32,000 bases of DNA from an uncultured Planctomycetia bacterium (lineage in GTDB: Bacteria; Omnitrophota; Gorgyraeia; Duberdicusellales; 4484-171), in assembly GCA_964536865.1 (NCBI GenBank), contig CAZHYN010000002.1, forward strand, positions 30,001-62,000, read 5' to 3'. Positions within the stretch are counted from its first letter, which is position 1; the number at the start of each line of letters is the position of its first letter. This document shows positions 15,107-24,454 of the stretch, in pieces. A program made the translations under genes and the position numbers. The notes beneath the pieces are model-generated. The model was not told the origin of the DNA and ran no database searches. It was given only the letters and a program-made list of their open reading frames with translations.

Positions 15107-16794
15107 ATAAGATTCTCTTCCCTCAATCTTTTAAGAAGTTGATAGGTAACTTTTACTGCCTGATAACTGGAACCTCCATTCTCTAAAAAGACACATACAG
15201 AATACTTTGGATTTTGATAAGGGAAGAATCCTGCAAACCATCCATGAGCTTTACCTCTGGTCTGTGCAGTTCCTGTTTTCCCAGCAATATTTAATCCCAG
15301 AAAGCTTAAAAGATGAGCGGTTCCATCCTCTCTTGTCACTGCTTCTCTTAGACCTTCCCTTACTACCTCTATACTTTTTTTAGATACTCCCAAACTTAGC
15401 TTCTTTTCTGGAACAAAGTTGGTTTCTTCCACCTTTTTAAGAAGATGGGGCCAAACTAAGTAACCTTGATTAGCAAAAGCAGAAATAAATACCACCACTT
15501 CAATAGGAGTGACTTCTATATATCCCTGGCCAATGGATAGATTTACCGTATCACCACCATACCACTCTCTCTTTTTAACTTTTCTCTTCCAAATTCTTGT
15601 TGGTACCAATCCCTTACCTTCAAAAGGAAGATCTATCCGTGTTTTCCTATCCAAGCCAAAAATTTTTGCCCACTTAGCTATTCTCTCTACCTTAAGACGC
15701 AAGCCTAAATTATAGAAGTAGATATTACAGGAGTGAGCTAAGGCATCATAAAGATCCTCTTGATTATGCCTACGCCAACAGCTAAACTCTGTATCGGCTA
15801 AAGTAAATTTACCTGAACAGAAAAAAGTTGTATGAGGATTAATTACTTTCTCTTCCAAACCTGCTACAGCTACTATTGACTTAAATACCGAACCTGGTGG
15901 ATAGCGAGCTTGGATAGCTCTATTAATTAAAGGGTTTCTTCTATCTTTTAATATATACTCTACATCTTTACCTTCTATAAAACTATTGGGATCGAAAGAA
16001 GGCTTAGAAACCAAAGAAAAAATCTCACCTGTATGAGGACTCATAATAATAATTGCTCCTCTAAAATTGCCTAAACTTTGATAGGCTATCTTCTGGAATC
16101 GAGTATCTACAGTAAGATAAATATCACTACCTTTCCTTTTACTCCTCTTACCTAAGAATCCCATCACTTGACCTCTTGAATCCACCTCTATAAGTTCTAC
16201 CCCATCTTCTCCTCTTAAGAAATGATCATAGAATCGTTCTATTCCATTTATACCTACCCTCTGAGAAGGGGAATAGCCGTACCTTTTTATATCCCGATAA
16301 ATCACCTCTGCTTTCTTCACATAACCAAGCACATGGGAGTATAAATAACTAAAAGGATAGTAACGTTGAGGGATAATTCTTATAAGAACATTATCCTGGA
16401 GAACTTCCTTAATCTTTAAAGCTTTAGATTTATCTACATCTATCAACACTTCTACGGGAGAGAAAACGTTTTGAAAATTTTTCTGATAATTAATAGTGAT
16501 AATCTCTTTATCCACATCTGCAACTTCAGCTAACCTTTCAAAGATAAATTCTTTTTTACCTTCTATCTGGTAAGGTATCACTGCTATATTAAAGATGGGT
16601 TTGTCCTGAGCAATGAGAATGCCTCTTCTATCAAAAATAGAACCTCTGATAGAAGGAAGATTGATTATCTTCACATAGTTGCTTTTTGCTCTCCTCAGAT
16701 AATAATTTCCTCTTACAACTTGAAGATAGAAAAGACCAAAAATAATTATCAAAAAACCTCCAATTATTACTCTCACAGTTAATCTGCTACCCAT
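15103..16794 (-). CDS. mrdA: penicillin-binding protein 2 (elongasome transpeptidase)
   Basis: An N-terminal TM is followed by RG.I.DR.G. The active-site motifs are SVFK (SxxK), SCN (SxN) and KTGTA (KTG). Confidence 0.92.
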   Translation of the reverse strand: MGSRLTVRVIIGGFLIIIFGLFYLQVVRGNYYLRRAKSNYVKIINLPSIRGSIFDRRGILIAQDKPIFNIAVIPYQIEGKKEFIFERLAEVADVDKEIITINYQKNFQNVFSPVEVLIDVDKSKALKIKEVLQDNVLIRIIPQRYYPFSYLYSHVLGYVKKAEVIYRDIKRYGYSPSQRVGINGIERFYDHFLRGEDGVELIEVDSRGQVMGFLGKRSKRKGSDIYLTVDTRFQKIAYQSLGNFRGAIIIMSPHTGEIFSLVSKPSFDPNSFIEGKDVEYILKDRRNPLINRAIQARYPPGSVFKSIVAVAGLEEKVINPHTTFFCSGKFTLADTEFSCWRRHNQEDLYDALAHSCNIYFYNLGLRLKVERIAKWAKIFGLDRKTRIDLPFEGKGLVPTRIWKRKVKKREWYGGDTVNLSIGQGYIEVTPIEVVVFISAFANQGYLVWPHLLKKVEETNFVPEKKLSLGVSKKSIEVVREGLREAVTREDGTAHLLSFLGLNIAGKTGTAQTRGKAHGWFAGFFPYQNPKYSVCVFLENGGSSYQAVKVTYQLLKRLREENLI

Positions 16795-17222
16795 TTAAAT
16801 AAAAAGCGCTCCATGATAAAAAATGTAAATAGTGATTGCATAAAAAAAAGAAAAATCAAAAAGAAAGGAATTTGCTCTATCTCAATGCTATTAAGTAAAG
16901 CATAAGAAATTATAGCTAAACCTACAGCAATATTTTTTATGATGTTTCTACCATGAAAATATTTAAAAGCTAATGTAAAAAATATATTTATAAGAATAAA
17001 AATAAATGTATTGGAAAGCAAAGATTGGGAAGATAGTAAATCCTTAAATAACCCGAAAACAAGAGCGAATCCTAAACTATAGGGAAATGATATATTCACA
17101 GAAACAAAAAGAATACCTAGAAAAAGAAGTTCACTACAGAAATAGAACCCAAAAGGCTTTAAGAAGTCAACTAAAAAAAAGATAAATAAGACTATACTTA
17201 GTTTTAGAAGAGTAATTCTCAC
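16779..17222 (-). CDS. mreD: rod shape-determining protein MreD
   Basis: Small, very hydrophobic 147 aa protein in the canonical position between mreC and mrdA. The call rests on position and topology more than on motifs. Confidence 0.7.
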   Translation of the reverse strand: MRITLLKLSIVLFIFFLVDFLKPFGFYFCSELLFLGILFVSVNISFPYSLGFALVFGLFKDLLSSQSLLSNTFIFILINIFFTLAFKYFHGRNIIKNIAVGLAIISYALLNSIEIEQIPFFLIFLFFMQSLFTFFIMERFLFKWVAD

Positions 17223-17932
17223 TTTAGAAGAAAAACCTCATTTACAGAATACACGTTAGATTCAGGTTTAACCTCTATATCTAAGAAAAAATCGTTCTTT
17301 GTCTCCCTAACTTGTTGAACTCTACCTACAGTAATAGGAAGGTCACTATACTTTAGCCAAACCTTGTCACCGATAGTTATATCCTTATCTCCCTCTACAT
17401 ATAGAATTTTCAAGGATCCAGAAAGCGTTCCTTTAAGGAGTCCGGCAGTCTTATTTTCTATCAATACAGGAAGAGAGAAATAAGGATCGTCAAGAAGAAT
17501 TAGCTCAGAATACTCGTTAAAAGATTGAGAAACCTTCCCTAAAAGATACCCTTGATTATCTATAGCTAATGTTCCTTTAACTACTCCGTCATTTTTACCT
17601 AAATCAATGAATGCTACTTTTCTAAACCCTGAAGGATAAAATCCTAACACCCTAGCATAAGTTAAATCAGGCCTTCTCTCCTTAATGCTTAAAGCTCTTC
17701 TTAAACGTCTATTTTCCTCATCTAACTCTTTCATCCTTTCTAAAGTGAGACGGAGATCTAGGTTTTTTTTCTTTAACTCCTCTATACGCAAAGAAACCAT
17801 AGAAGGAAATAAAATATTATTGGGAAGAGAAAGGAATAGAACTAGAAGAATTCTTTTAAAAGTCAACAGAAATAAGACTACCAAGAGAGTATAACCAAAG
17901 AATTTTAGCCTGGATTTAGAAGGTAGATACAA
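17219..17932 (-). CDS. mreC: rod shape-determining protein MreC
   Basis: An N-terminal TM is followed by a coiled coil ([29 protein letters not shown]) and then a beta-rich domain. It lies directly downstream of mreB. Confidence 0.85.
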   Translation of the reverse strand: MYLPSKSRLKFFGYTLLVVLFLLTFKRILLVLFLSLPNNILFPSMVSLRIEELKKKNLDLRLTLERMKELDEENRRLRRALSIKERRPDLTYARVLGFYPSGFRKVAFIDLGKNDGVVKGTLAIDNQGYLLGKVSQSFNEYSELILLDDPYFSLPVLIENKTAGLLKGTLSGSLKILYVEGDKDITIGDKVWLKYSDLPITVGRVQQVRETKNDFFLDIEVKPESNVYSVNEVFLLK

Positions 17933-18974
17933 GAGAGATTTTCTTTAAATATCGGGGCTCCTCTAAAATCTTACCTGTTCCTTGAGCTACCGCAGTTAGA
18001 GGATCGTCAGCGATAAAACAAGCTAGCCCTGTCTCTTCTGAAATCAACTTGTCTAATCCTCTCAGAAGAGAACCACCTCCACACAGAACAATTCCTCTCT
18101 CAATCAAATCAGCAGCTAACTCAGGGGGTGTTCTTTCTAAGGTAACCTTTGTAGCTTCCACTATATCTTTTAAAGGTGCCTGAAGAGCATCTCTTATTTC
18201 CTCAGAGTTGACACGAATAAACTTTGGTAACCCAGTAATTAAATCTCTACCTCTTACTTCTATAACCATCTCTTCTTCCAAAGGATAAGCAGAACCTATC
18301 TTTATCTTTATCTCTTCAGCAGTTCTCTCCCCAATCATCAAATTGTAGTTCTTCTTCATATGTTCAACTATTGCTTCATCCATCTCATCTCCACCTACTC
18401 TCATAGAACGAGCATAAACTATTCCTCCTAAAGAGATGACTGCAATTTCCGTAGTACCTCCTCCAACATCTATGATCATATTCCCTTGTGGTTCAGCGAT
18501 AGGGAGACCTACCCCAATGGCAGCAGCAATAGGTTCTTCTATAGGAATCACCTCTCTTGCTCCTGCACGAAGAGCTGAATCCTTCACTGCTCTCTTCTCA
18601 ACCTCAGTGATCCCTGAAGGGACTGCTACTACAATGCGAGGGCGAGTAAGGATTTTATGAGAATGAACCTTCTTTATAAAGTAGCGAAGCATCTCTTCAG
18701 TAATATTAAAATCAGCGATTACTCCATCCTTCATCGGTCTTATTGCCACAATGCTCCCGGGAGTTTTGCCTAACATCTTCTTCGCTTCTTCCCCCACTGC
18801 TAGTACTTGGTGGGTGTTTTTGTAGATAGCTACTACCGAAGGTTCACATAGGACTATCCCTTCCCCTTTTACATAGACTAGGGTAGTAGCGGTACCTAGA
18901 TCTATACCGATATCGTTAGAGAATCTTCCTAAAAAGTTGCTCCCTATACTGGAGAGAAACCTAAGAATATTCAT
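17916..18974 (-). CDS. mreB: rod shape-determining actin homologue MreB
   Basis: Motifs [48 protein letters not shown] and [10 protein letters not shown] are present. I prefer the ATG at 18974 over the GTG at 18977 used by the ORF track. Confidence 0.95.
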   Translation of the reverse strand: MNILRFLSSIGSNFLGRFSNDIGIDLGTATTLVYVKGEGIVLCEPSVVAIYKNTHQVLAVGEEAKKMLGKTPGSIVAIRPMKDGVIADFNITEEMLRYFIKKVHSHKILTRPRIVVAVPSGITEVEKRAVKDSALRAGAREVIPIEEPIAAAIGVGLPIAEPQGNMIIDVGGGTTEIAVISLGGIVYARSMRVGGDEMDEAIVEHMKKNYNLMIGERTAEEIKIKIGSAYPLEEEMVIEVRGRDLITGLPKFIRVNSEEIRDALQAPLKDIVEATKVTLERTPPELAADLIERGIVLCGGGSLLRGLDKLISEETGLACFIADDPLTAVAQGTGKILEEPRYLKKISLVSTF

Positions 18975-18991
18975 CACTTTTAGTATAAGAA

Positions 18992-19020
18992 ATCATAACA
19001 AAGGGTTAAAAAAATGTCAA
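18992..19020 (-). promoter_or_regulatory. sigma70-like promoter of the mre operon: TTGACA-N17-TATGAT
   Basis: On the minus strand, TTGACA lies at 19020-19015, followed by a 17 nt spacer and TATGAT at 18997-18992. It sits 17 nt upstream of the mreB ATG, inside the 51 nt gap after the PilZ gene. Confidence 0.6.
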
Positions 19021-19028
19021 CAAAAAAC

Positions 19029-19328
19029 CTAAGTCAAAAATTGGAGGCCTGCTAAGTATCCGTTCTCCGTCTCCCGACACCACACTATTTTCCCTACAGT
19101 CTCAATAGGTTCTGCCTGTTCATCTTCGGGAAGGGTAAATTTAACTTTTATAATCGTTTGAGGGGGTAAATACTTATCGAGGAGAAGACCTAACCCCCCT
19201 TCGCTTATATTCTTTATGAGTCCTGATCCTTTAGGTGCTAGAAGAATAACGTACTCTACGGGGGTAATACATCTTTTCCGAGGATATTTTCTCTTCTCTT
19301 CATAGGAAGGGGACTCCCCAAAATTCAT
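19029..19328 (-). CDS. single-domain PilZ protein (putative c-di-GMP receptor)
   Basis: Both c-di-GMP binding signatures are intact: RKYPRKR (RxxxR) and NISEGG (D/NxSxxG). Confidence 0.8.
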   Translation of the reverse strand: MNFGESPSYEEKRKYPRKRCITPVEYVILLAPKGSGLIKNISEGGLGLLLDKYLPPQTIIKVKFTLPEDEQAEPIETVGKIVWCRETENGYLAGLQFLT

Positions 19329-20833
19329 AATTTCTTCCTTATTTTAGCATTATCTAAAATAAAAATAAAGGAAAAAATAGAAAGAAGAAGATAGATATAC
19401 TTAAAGGGAATCCTTGCAGGAATAGGAGAGACGGTTAATTTAACGTGGGAATTCTTAAACACATAGGCAATCTCATTCTCATATATGTTTTCCCAGTCAT
19501 ATCTATTCCTCAGCAGATTAAGTTCCTTATTCGGTGGTTTCAGCCAGATAATTACCTTAGCAAATTTGTAAATGGCCTCCGAAGGTAAGTGAGTCTTTAC
19601 TTCCCAGAGAAGAGAGTTAGATGTAGGTCTTTGAGCAAGAGAAGAGAAAATCTGAGCAGTAATCTTTAGATTAGAGGAGATAATTTGGAAAGATTCGGTA
19701 TTTTTTTTAATCACATCCACAATAGGATAGTAGTATTGAGGCCAAAATAAGAACCGAGCCTCCAAAAGAGCATAAGGCCTCCCTGTAAGGAAATTATAGT
19801 AAGTAGAATTAAAGAGATTGATTCGAGGTTTCCCTCCCTCCAAATCTACAGTTGTATGGGAGAAGAAAAGAAAAAAAGATAAGGTAAAGATAAACGCTCT
19901 TTTAGCCAAATTACTTTTAATTAAATTAAAATACTTCTCACACAGCAGAGAGGAAAATAGAGCCAAACCAATTGCTCCCTGGGCAGAGAAAAAACGAAAA
20001 GGATACTTTACAAATACTATTATACTTCCTACTAAGTAACCTAGAAAAAGGAACGTGCCAAAATCCTTCCTCACATTAATAAATAGAGAAAATAAACCTA
20101 CCGCTATTAAGAAAATACTGAAGTGAAGAAAGTATATTTCCTTAGTAAAAGAGAACTGCAGATAAGAAGCATATTTTACCTGATGGACTAACAAAGGAAG
20201 GATGCCTAAGACTACCCCTGAAATTATTCTTATAAGTTCGCTTCGGTAGGAAGCCAACCCCAAAAGGAAAAAAAGAGAAACAAAGAAAATCAAAAAAACT
20301 CCCGCATGAGTATAGAAACATAGCGTCAGAAAAAGTGCACAAGATACCCATCTTTTTTTCTTTAGAAAATACCAACAAAAAAAACCAAAAATTAATCCAA
20401 GGCTAGCAGGAACATTACAGGAAATAGAGGTGTAGAAGGAGAAAAAACTGCTTAAAGTTAAAAGGTTGATAAAAGAAAAGAAAGAAGAAACAATATTTCT
20501 TAAAACATACCAAGCCACTAAGAAAAAGAGAGGAGGAATGATTACCTCGGTTACCCTTACCGCATTGATAGAAGAAACTCCTCCTTTTTTTAGAAAAGCT
20601 AATAGAAAGTGATAGAAAGGTGGATAAACTTGAGGTCTACCCCAAGGAGCGTAATCCCACCAACTCCATCCTACCCATCCTCCACTCTCTATGTATCCAT
20701 TAGCACAGGAAAGATGCCACCAGGCATCTATGTATTGAGGAAGATAGTTAAACCTTATTAAAGAAAGAATAGCAATAAAAACAATCATACCTAAACTTAG
20801 CAGGTCAAAGTGCTGGGTTCTACTCTTATCCAT
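19325..20833 (-). CDS. polytopic integral membrane protein, putative GT-C-fold glycosyltransferase (ArnT/PMT-like); function not established
   Basis: The protein has 10 or more predicted TM segments. The first-loop region is YIDAWWHL...G..GWSWWDYAPWGRPQVYPPFYHFLLAF, which resembles the acidic-loop plus (H/Y)PPL.Y.L signature of PMT_2/ArnT-type enzymes. A soluble domain of about 150 aa is followed by a final TM. Confidence 0.55.
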   Translation of the reverse strand: MDKSRTQHFDLLSLGMIVFIAILSLIRFNYLPQYIDAWWHLSCANGYIESGGWVGWSWWDYAPWGRPQVYPPFYHFLLAFLKKGGVSSINAVRVTEVIIPPLFFLVAWYVLRNIVSSFFSFINLLTLSSFFSFYTSISCNVPASLGLIFGFFCWYFLKKKRWVSCALFLTLCFYTHAGVFLIFFVSLFFLLGLASYRSELIRIISGVVLGILPLLVHQVKYASYLQFSFTKEIYFLHFSIFLIAVGLFSLFINVRKDFGTFLFLGYLVGSIIVFVKYPFRFFSAQGAIGLALFSSLLCEKYFNLIKSNLAKRAFIFTLSFFLFFSHTTVDLEGGKPRINLFNSTYYNFLTGRPYALLEARFLFWPQYYYPIVDVIKKNTESFQIISSNLKITAQIFSSLAQRPTSNSLLWEVKTHLPSEAIYKFAKVIIWLKPPNKELNLLRNRYDWENIYENEIAYVFKNSHVKLTVSPIPARIPFKYIYLLLSIFSFIFILDNAKIRKKL

Positions 20834-21578
20834 AGTTTACCTTGTAAAGATATAAACCACAGGCAGGAGCAGGTTTATTAAAGTAAGATATTTTTCTCTC
20901 TAAAATAGCATTTACCTCATCCAAATTTATTTTATCTTTGCCTACTCTTACTAAAAACCTCACAATGTTTCTTGCCATGTTCCTTAAAAAACCATCAGCC
21001 TCTATATCAATATAGACAAACGAACCTCTTTTGGTAATCTTAATACTCTTAATCTTTCTTTTACAACTTTTATATCTTTTAGCTTCCTTAGCAAAGCAAG
21101 AAAAATCTTTGCTACCTACTAAAAGATGAGCTGCCTTCCTCATTACTTCCAGATCTAACTTCTCAGGTAAATGCCAAGTATAATACCTTAAGAAAATATT
21201 AAATTTCTTTCTATTAAGAATTATATAACGGTAAATTTTAGATTTAGCATTGAAACGGGCATGGAAATCTAAAGGAACCTTCTTAATTCTTTTTACAGAG
21301 ATATCTGAGGGAAGAAGACTGTTTAAAGCTAATCTTATATTCTTTAGAGGGATGTTAGTATCTATCTTAAAGTTAATGCACTGACTGTAAGCATGAACAC
21401 CTCTATCAGTCCTGCCAGCGTAGTTAATTTTTACCTTTTTATTAAAAAGCTTCTCCAGAGCTTGTTGAATTTTCTCTTGAATCGTCCGACCTTTTGCTTT
21501 TTTCTCTTTACTCTGTATTTGCCATCCAAAGTAATTCGTCCCATCATATTCAATCTCTAAGAAAATATTCTTAACCAT
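20826..21578 (-). CDS. truA: tRNA pseudouridine(38-40) synthase
   Basis: Motifs IEYDGTNYFGWQ.Q and the catalytic GRTDRGVHA are present. I prefer the ATG at 21578 (MVKNIFLEIEYDG); the ORF track starts at the TTG at 21593. Confidence 0.92.
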   Translation of the reverse strand: MVKNIFLEIEYDGTNYFGWQIQSKEKKAKGRTIQEKIQQALEKLFNKKVKINYAGRTDRGVHAYSQCINFKIDTNIPLKNIRLALNSLLPSDISVKRIKKVPLDFHARFNAKSKIYRYIILNRKKFNIFLRYYTWHLPEKLDLEVMRKAAHLLVGSKDFSCFAKEAKRYKSCKRKIKSIKITKRGSFVYIDIEADGFLRNMARNIVRFLVRVGKDKINLDEVNAILERKISYFNKPAPACGLYLYKVNYG

Positions 21579-21608
21579 CGCTGTTTTAAGCAACTTTTTA
21601 TCTGTGCC

Positions 21609-21637
21609 ATTATATTAAAACTAAAAGTTAGTATCAA
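21609..21637 (-). promoter_or_regulatory. sigma70-like promoter of truA: TTGATA-N17-TATAAT
   Basis: On the minus strand, TTGATA lies at 21637-21632, followed by an exact 17 nt spacer and TATAAT at 21614-21609. Confidence 0.6.
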
Positions 21638-21691
21638 GATAAAACTTCAAAGGAAATAGGCAGGTAAATTTTTCAGAAAAATCAGAATTAT

Positions 21692-22741
21692 CTAAAAGAG
21701 CCTAACTATATTTTCCTTTATGAGCTCCTCAGCTATTTGGATGGCATTTAAGCTCGCACCCTTGCGTAAGTTATCAGCTACAGACCACACCCAGAAAGAA
21801 TTTTTATTAAAGGGGTTCTCTCTCAACCTTGATACGTAAACTAAATCTGTTCCCTCTACATCTAAAGGTAAAGGGTAATTACTATCTCTGTCGATAAACT
21901 CTACACCTTGAGAGTTCTTAAAGATATTCTTTATCTCCTCTATGTTTGTATCTTTCTCTGTTTCAAAATAGATTGCTTCACAGTGAGAAGTAAACGTAGG
22001 AACCCTTACACAAGTAGCAGTAACTTTAACGGAGGAATCATCTAAAATTTTATGAGTCTCTTTTACTACTTTCCACTCTTCAGTAGTGTAGCCGAGTTCT
22101 TTAAAATCTCCTATCTGAGGAATAACATTAAAAACGATCTGATTCCCAAAAACATCGAATTTTTTCTCCAACTTCTTGCTTAAGGAATTAAAATCACTCT
22201 CTTTATTTTTCTCTACAATTTCTTTAGTCTCTTCCCATAGAGTGGAAGCTGCTCTTCTCCCTGCACCACTAGTAGCCTGAAAACTGGTTAATATTACTCT
22301 CTTTAACCCTACCTTTTTATAAATTTCAGCTAAAGTTACAACCATCTGGATAGTAGTACAGTTAGGGTTAGCGATTAAGCCTTTATGCTCACGAATCTTT
22401 TCTTTGTTAACTTCGGGAACAACCAAAGGAACGTCTTCCTGTAAACGAAAATCAGAACCATTGTCAATTACTACTGCACCTTCTTCTATAAATTTATGTG
22501 CATATAATTTACTTGCTCCTTTAGCTCCTTCCGTCCCTGCAAAAAGAGCAATTTCTGTGCCAGCGAAATCTTCCTTCTCTATAGATTCCACATGGTAAAG
22601 ATTACCATCAACTCTTATATCCCTTTCTGAGCGAGCAAATACTTTGAGATTATCTATAGGAAATTTCCTTTGCTTCAAAATGCGTAAAAGCTCAACCCCT
22701 ACTGCTCCTACACCTATCACCGCTACGTTATACTTCCTCAT
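21692..22741 (-). CDS. asd: aspartate-semialdehyde dehydrogenase
   Basis: The N-terminal Rossmann motif is VAVIGVGAVG and the active site is ANPNCTTIQ. The true start is the ATG at 22741 (MRKYNVAV), 2 nt after the leuB stop. The longer track ORF (to 22915) runs through leuB in another frame. Confidence 0.93.
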   Translation of the reverse strand: MRKYNVAVIGVGAVGVELLRILKQRKFPIDNLKVFARSERDIRVDGNLYHVESIEKEDFAGTEIALFAGTEGAKGASKLYAHKFIEEGAVVIDNGSDFRLQEDVPLVVPEVNKEKIREHKGLIANPNCTTIQMVVTLAEIYKKVGLKRVILTSFQATSGAGRRAASTLWEETKEIVEKNKESDFNSLSKKLEKKFDVFGNQIVFNVIPQIGDFKELGYTTEEWKVVKETHKILDDSSVKVTATCVRVPTFTSHCEAIYFETEKDTNIEEIKNIFKNSQGVEFIDRDSNYPLPLDVEGTDLVYVSRLRENPFNKNSFWVWSVADNLRKGASLNAIQIAEELIKENIVRLF

Positions 22742-22743
22742 CT

Positions 22744-23808
22744 CTAACTTCCTATGTAGTTTACTACCAAATCTCCAACTTGAGTAGTAGAGTATCCCAT
22801 CCTGCCAGCAGCTAACCCCTCTAATTTTTCTCTCACTACTCTCTTTACCGCCTCCTCTACCTTTAAACCTGCTTCTTCTTCCCCCAAAAAATCTAGCATC
22901 ATCGCTAGAGCGCATATCGCTGCTAGAGGATTTATAACGTCTTTGCCAGTGTATTTGGGGGCACTACCTCCGATAGGCTCAAACATACTCACTCCTTGAG
23001 GGTTAAGATTAGCTCCTGCAGCAATTCCCATCCCTCCCTGAATAATTGCTCCCAAATCAGTAATTATGTCTCCAAACATATTATCGGTAACTATTACATC
23101 AAACCATTCAGGACTCTTCACCATCCACATACAGGTTGCATCCACATGGGCGTAGTCAGTTTTAACATCAGGATAGGCTTTGGCTATCTTATAGAAGACT
23201 CTCTCCCATAAATCAAAAGCGTAGGTTAATACATTAGTTTTCCCACATAGAGTAACTTTCTTTTTCTTATTTCTCTTCCTTGCATAATCAAAAGCAAACC
23301 TAACCGCTCGCTCTATACCCTTATAAGTGTTGATGCTTTCTTGTATTGCTACTTCATCTGAAGTTCCTTTTTTTAAAAACCCTCCTGCTCCACAGTATAG
23401 TCCTTCGGTATTTTCTCTCACTACTACGAAATCTATATCTTCTTCGTTTTTATCTTTTAAGGGAGAAAATCTTTTATCATAAAGGACCACTGGCCTTAAA
23501 TTTATGTACTGATCAAGCTCAAACCTCAATCTTAAGAGAATACCTCGCTCTAAAATTCCTGGTTTTACCCGAGGGTCACCGATAGCTCCCAAATAAATAG
23601 CATCTACTTTCTTAAGTTCCTCCAAAACAGAGTCGGGAAGGGCTTCTCCTGTTTTTAAATAATTCTCCCCTCCTAAGTTGTAGATTATCTTCTCATATTT
23701 AAAATTAAATTTTTGTGAAGCTGCTTCTAAAACTTTCAAACCTTCCCTTATTACTTCTGGCCCTGTACCATCTCCAGGAATAACCGCTATTCTGTAAGAT
23801 TTACTCAT
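22744..23808 (-). CDS. leuB: 3-isopropylmalate dehydrogenase (beta-decarboxylating dehydrogenase family)
   Basis: Motifs [37 protein letters not shown] and FEP.GGSAPKY are present. It is adjacent to leuCD and followed by asd, as in several proteobacteria. Confidence 0.85.
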   Translation of the reverse strand: MSKSYRIAVIPGDGTGPEVIREGLKVLEAASQKFNFKYEKIIYNLGGENYLKTGEALPDSVLEELKKVDAIYLGAIGDPRVKPGILERGILLRLRFELDQYINLRPVVLYDKRFSPLKDKNEEDIDFVVVRENTEGLYCGAGGFLKKGTSDEVAIQESINTYKGIERAVRFAFDYARKRNKKKKVTLCGKTNVLTYAFDLWERVFYKIAKAYPDVKTDYAHVDATCMWMVKSPEWFDVIVTDNMFGDIITDLGAIIQGGMGIAAGANLNPQGVSMFEPIGGSAPKYTGKDVINPLAAICALAMMLDFLGEEEAGLKVEEAVKRVVREKLEGLAAGRMGYSTTQVGDLVVNYIGS

Positions 23809-23841
23809 AACTAATCCTCTCTTTAACTTATCTCTAAAATT

Positions 23842-23870
23842 ATTATACGTCTAACCTCACTTACCTTTAA
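23842..23870 (-). promoter_or_regulatory. internal sigma70-like promoter in front of leuB-asd: TTAAAG-N17-TATAAT
   Basis: On the minus strand, TTAAAG lies at 23870-23865 and TATAAT at 23847-23842. A 33 nt leader carrying AGAGAGGA precedes the leuB ATG. Confidence 0.45.
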
Positions 23871-23908
23871 GATACCTTACCACTTTTTTCTCATCTGTAA
23901 AGAATAAA

Positions 23909-23962
23909 CCCCAAACCCCGCCTTTTCAAGGAAAGGGCGGAATGGCTTTCTGTGGTTCGGGG
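23909..23962 (-). terminator. GC-rich stem-loop with U-rich tail downstream of leuD (intrinsic terminator/attenuator-like)
   Basis: The minus-strand RNA reads CCCCGAACC..(13 nt)..CCGCC-loop13-GGCGG-GGUUUGGGG UUUAUUCUUU. The outer stem is 9 bp including one G-U, and the inner stem is 5 bp. This is the only conspicuously GC-rich hairpin I found in the few intergenic gaps of the window. Confidence 0.45.
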
Positions 23963-23967
23963 TAAAA

Positions 23968-24453
23968 CTACTTTTTCCTCTTTATCCAATTAACCAACCC
24001 TCCACTTTTTATAATCTCCTGCATAAATTGGGGAAATTTCTCACAAAAGTAAATCTCCCTCTTAGTTACATTCTTGACTACTCCTTTATCCAAATCTGCT
24101 TCCAAAATATTAGCTTCCTCTATTTTCTCGGGATGAGAGAAAGTCAAAATAGGCAAACCAATATTTATGGCATTTCGATAAAAAATACGGGCAAAGCTCT
24201 TAGCTATAACTAAACTTATCCCACATCCTTTAATTGCTAAGGGCGCATGTTCTCGAGAAGAACCACAACCGAAGTTCTTACCTGCCACTATTATGTCGCC
24301 CTTTTTAACCTTTTTGATAAATTGGGGAGTAATGTTTTCCATACAATGAGCTCCTAAAAATTCAGGGTCTTGTGAATCTAAGTAAGAAGCGGGAATGATA
24401 TCATCGGTATTTATATCGTCAGCGAATTTATGCACTCTTCCCTTAATAACCAT
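23968..24453 (-). CDS. leuD: 3-isopropylmalate dehydratase small subunit (short, archaeal-type aconitase-family swivel domain)
   Basis: 161 aa. Motifs [27 protein letters not shown] and N.GLP are present. Confidence 0.85.
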   Translation of the reverse strand: MVIKGRVHKFADDINTDDIIPASYLDSQDPEFLGAHCMENITPQFIKKVKKGDIIVAGKNFGCGSSREHAPLAIKGCGISLVIAKSFARIFYRNAINIGLPILTFSHPEKIEEANILEADLDKGVVKNVTKREIYFCEKFPQFMQEIIKSGGLVNWIKRKK

Positions 24454-24454
24454 T

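Noticed and set aside
20142-20378. A same-strand alternative-frame ORF (78 aa) inside the GT-C-like membrane gene, and a similar one (28570-28779, 69 aa) inside fabD.
   Set aside because: They are embedded in longer ORFs whose frames carry the conserved or TM-consistent sequence. There is no independent start signal, so they are most likely frame artefacts.
22742-22915. A 58-codon N-terminal extension of asd in the ORF track ([23 protein letters not shown]...), which would overlap leuB by 172 nt.
   Set aside because: The extension is Arg/Gly-rich nonsense read through the 3' end of leuB in another frame. The conserved Asd N-terminus (MRKYNVAVIGVGAVG) starts at the ATG at 22741, 2 nt after the leuB stop.
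23935-23967. The sequence GTGGTTCGGGG resembles a tRNA T-arm (GGTTCGA), raising the possibility of a tRNA or tRNA fragment between leuD and leuB.
   Set aside because: No acceptor stem, D-arm or anticodon arm can be built around it on either strand. The segment is better explained as one arm of the terminator-like hairpin.
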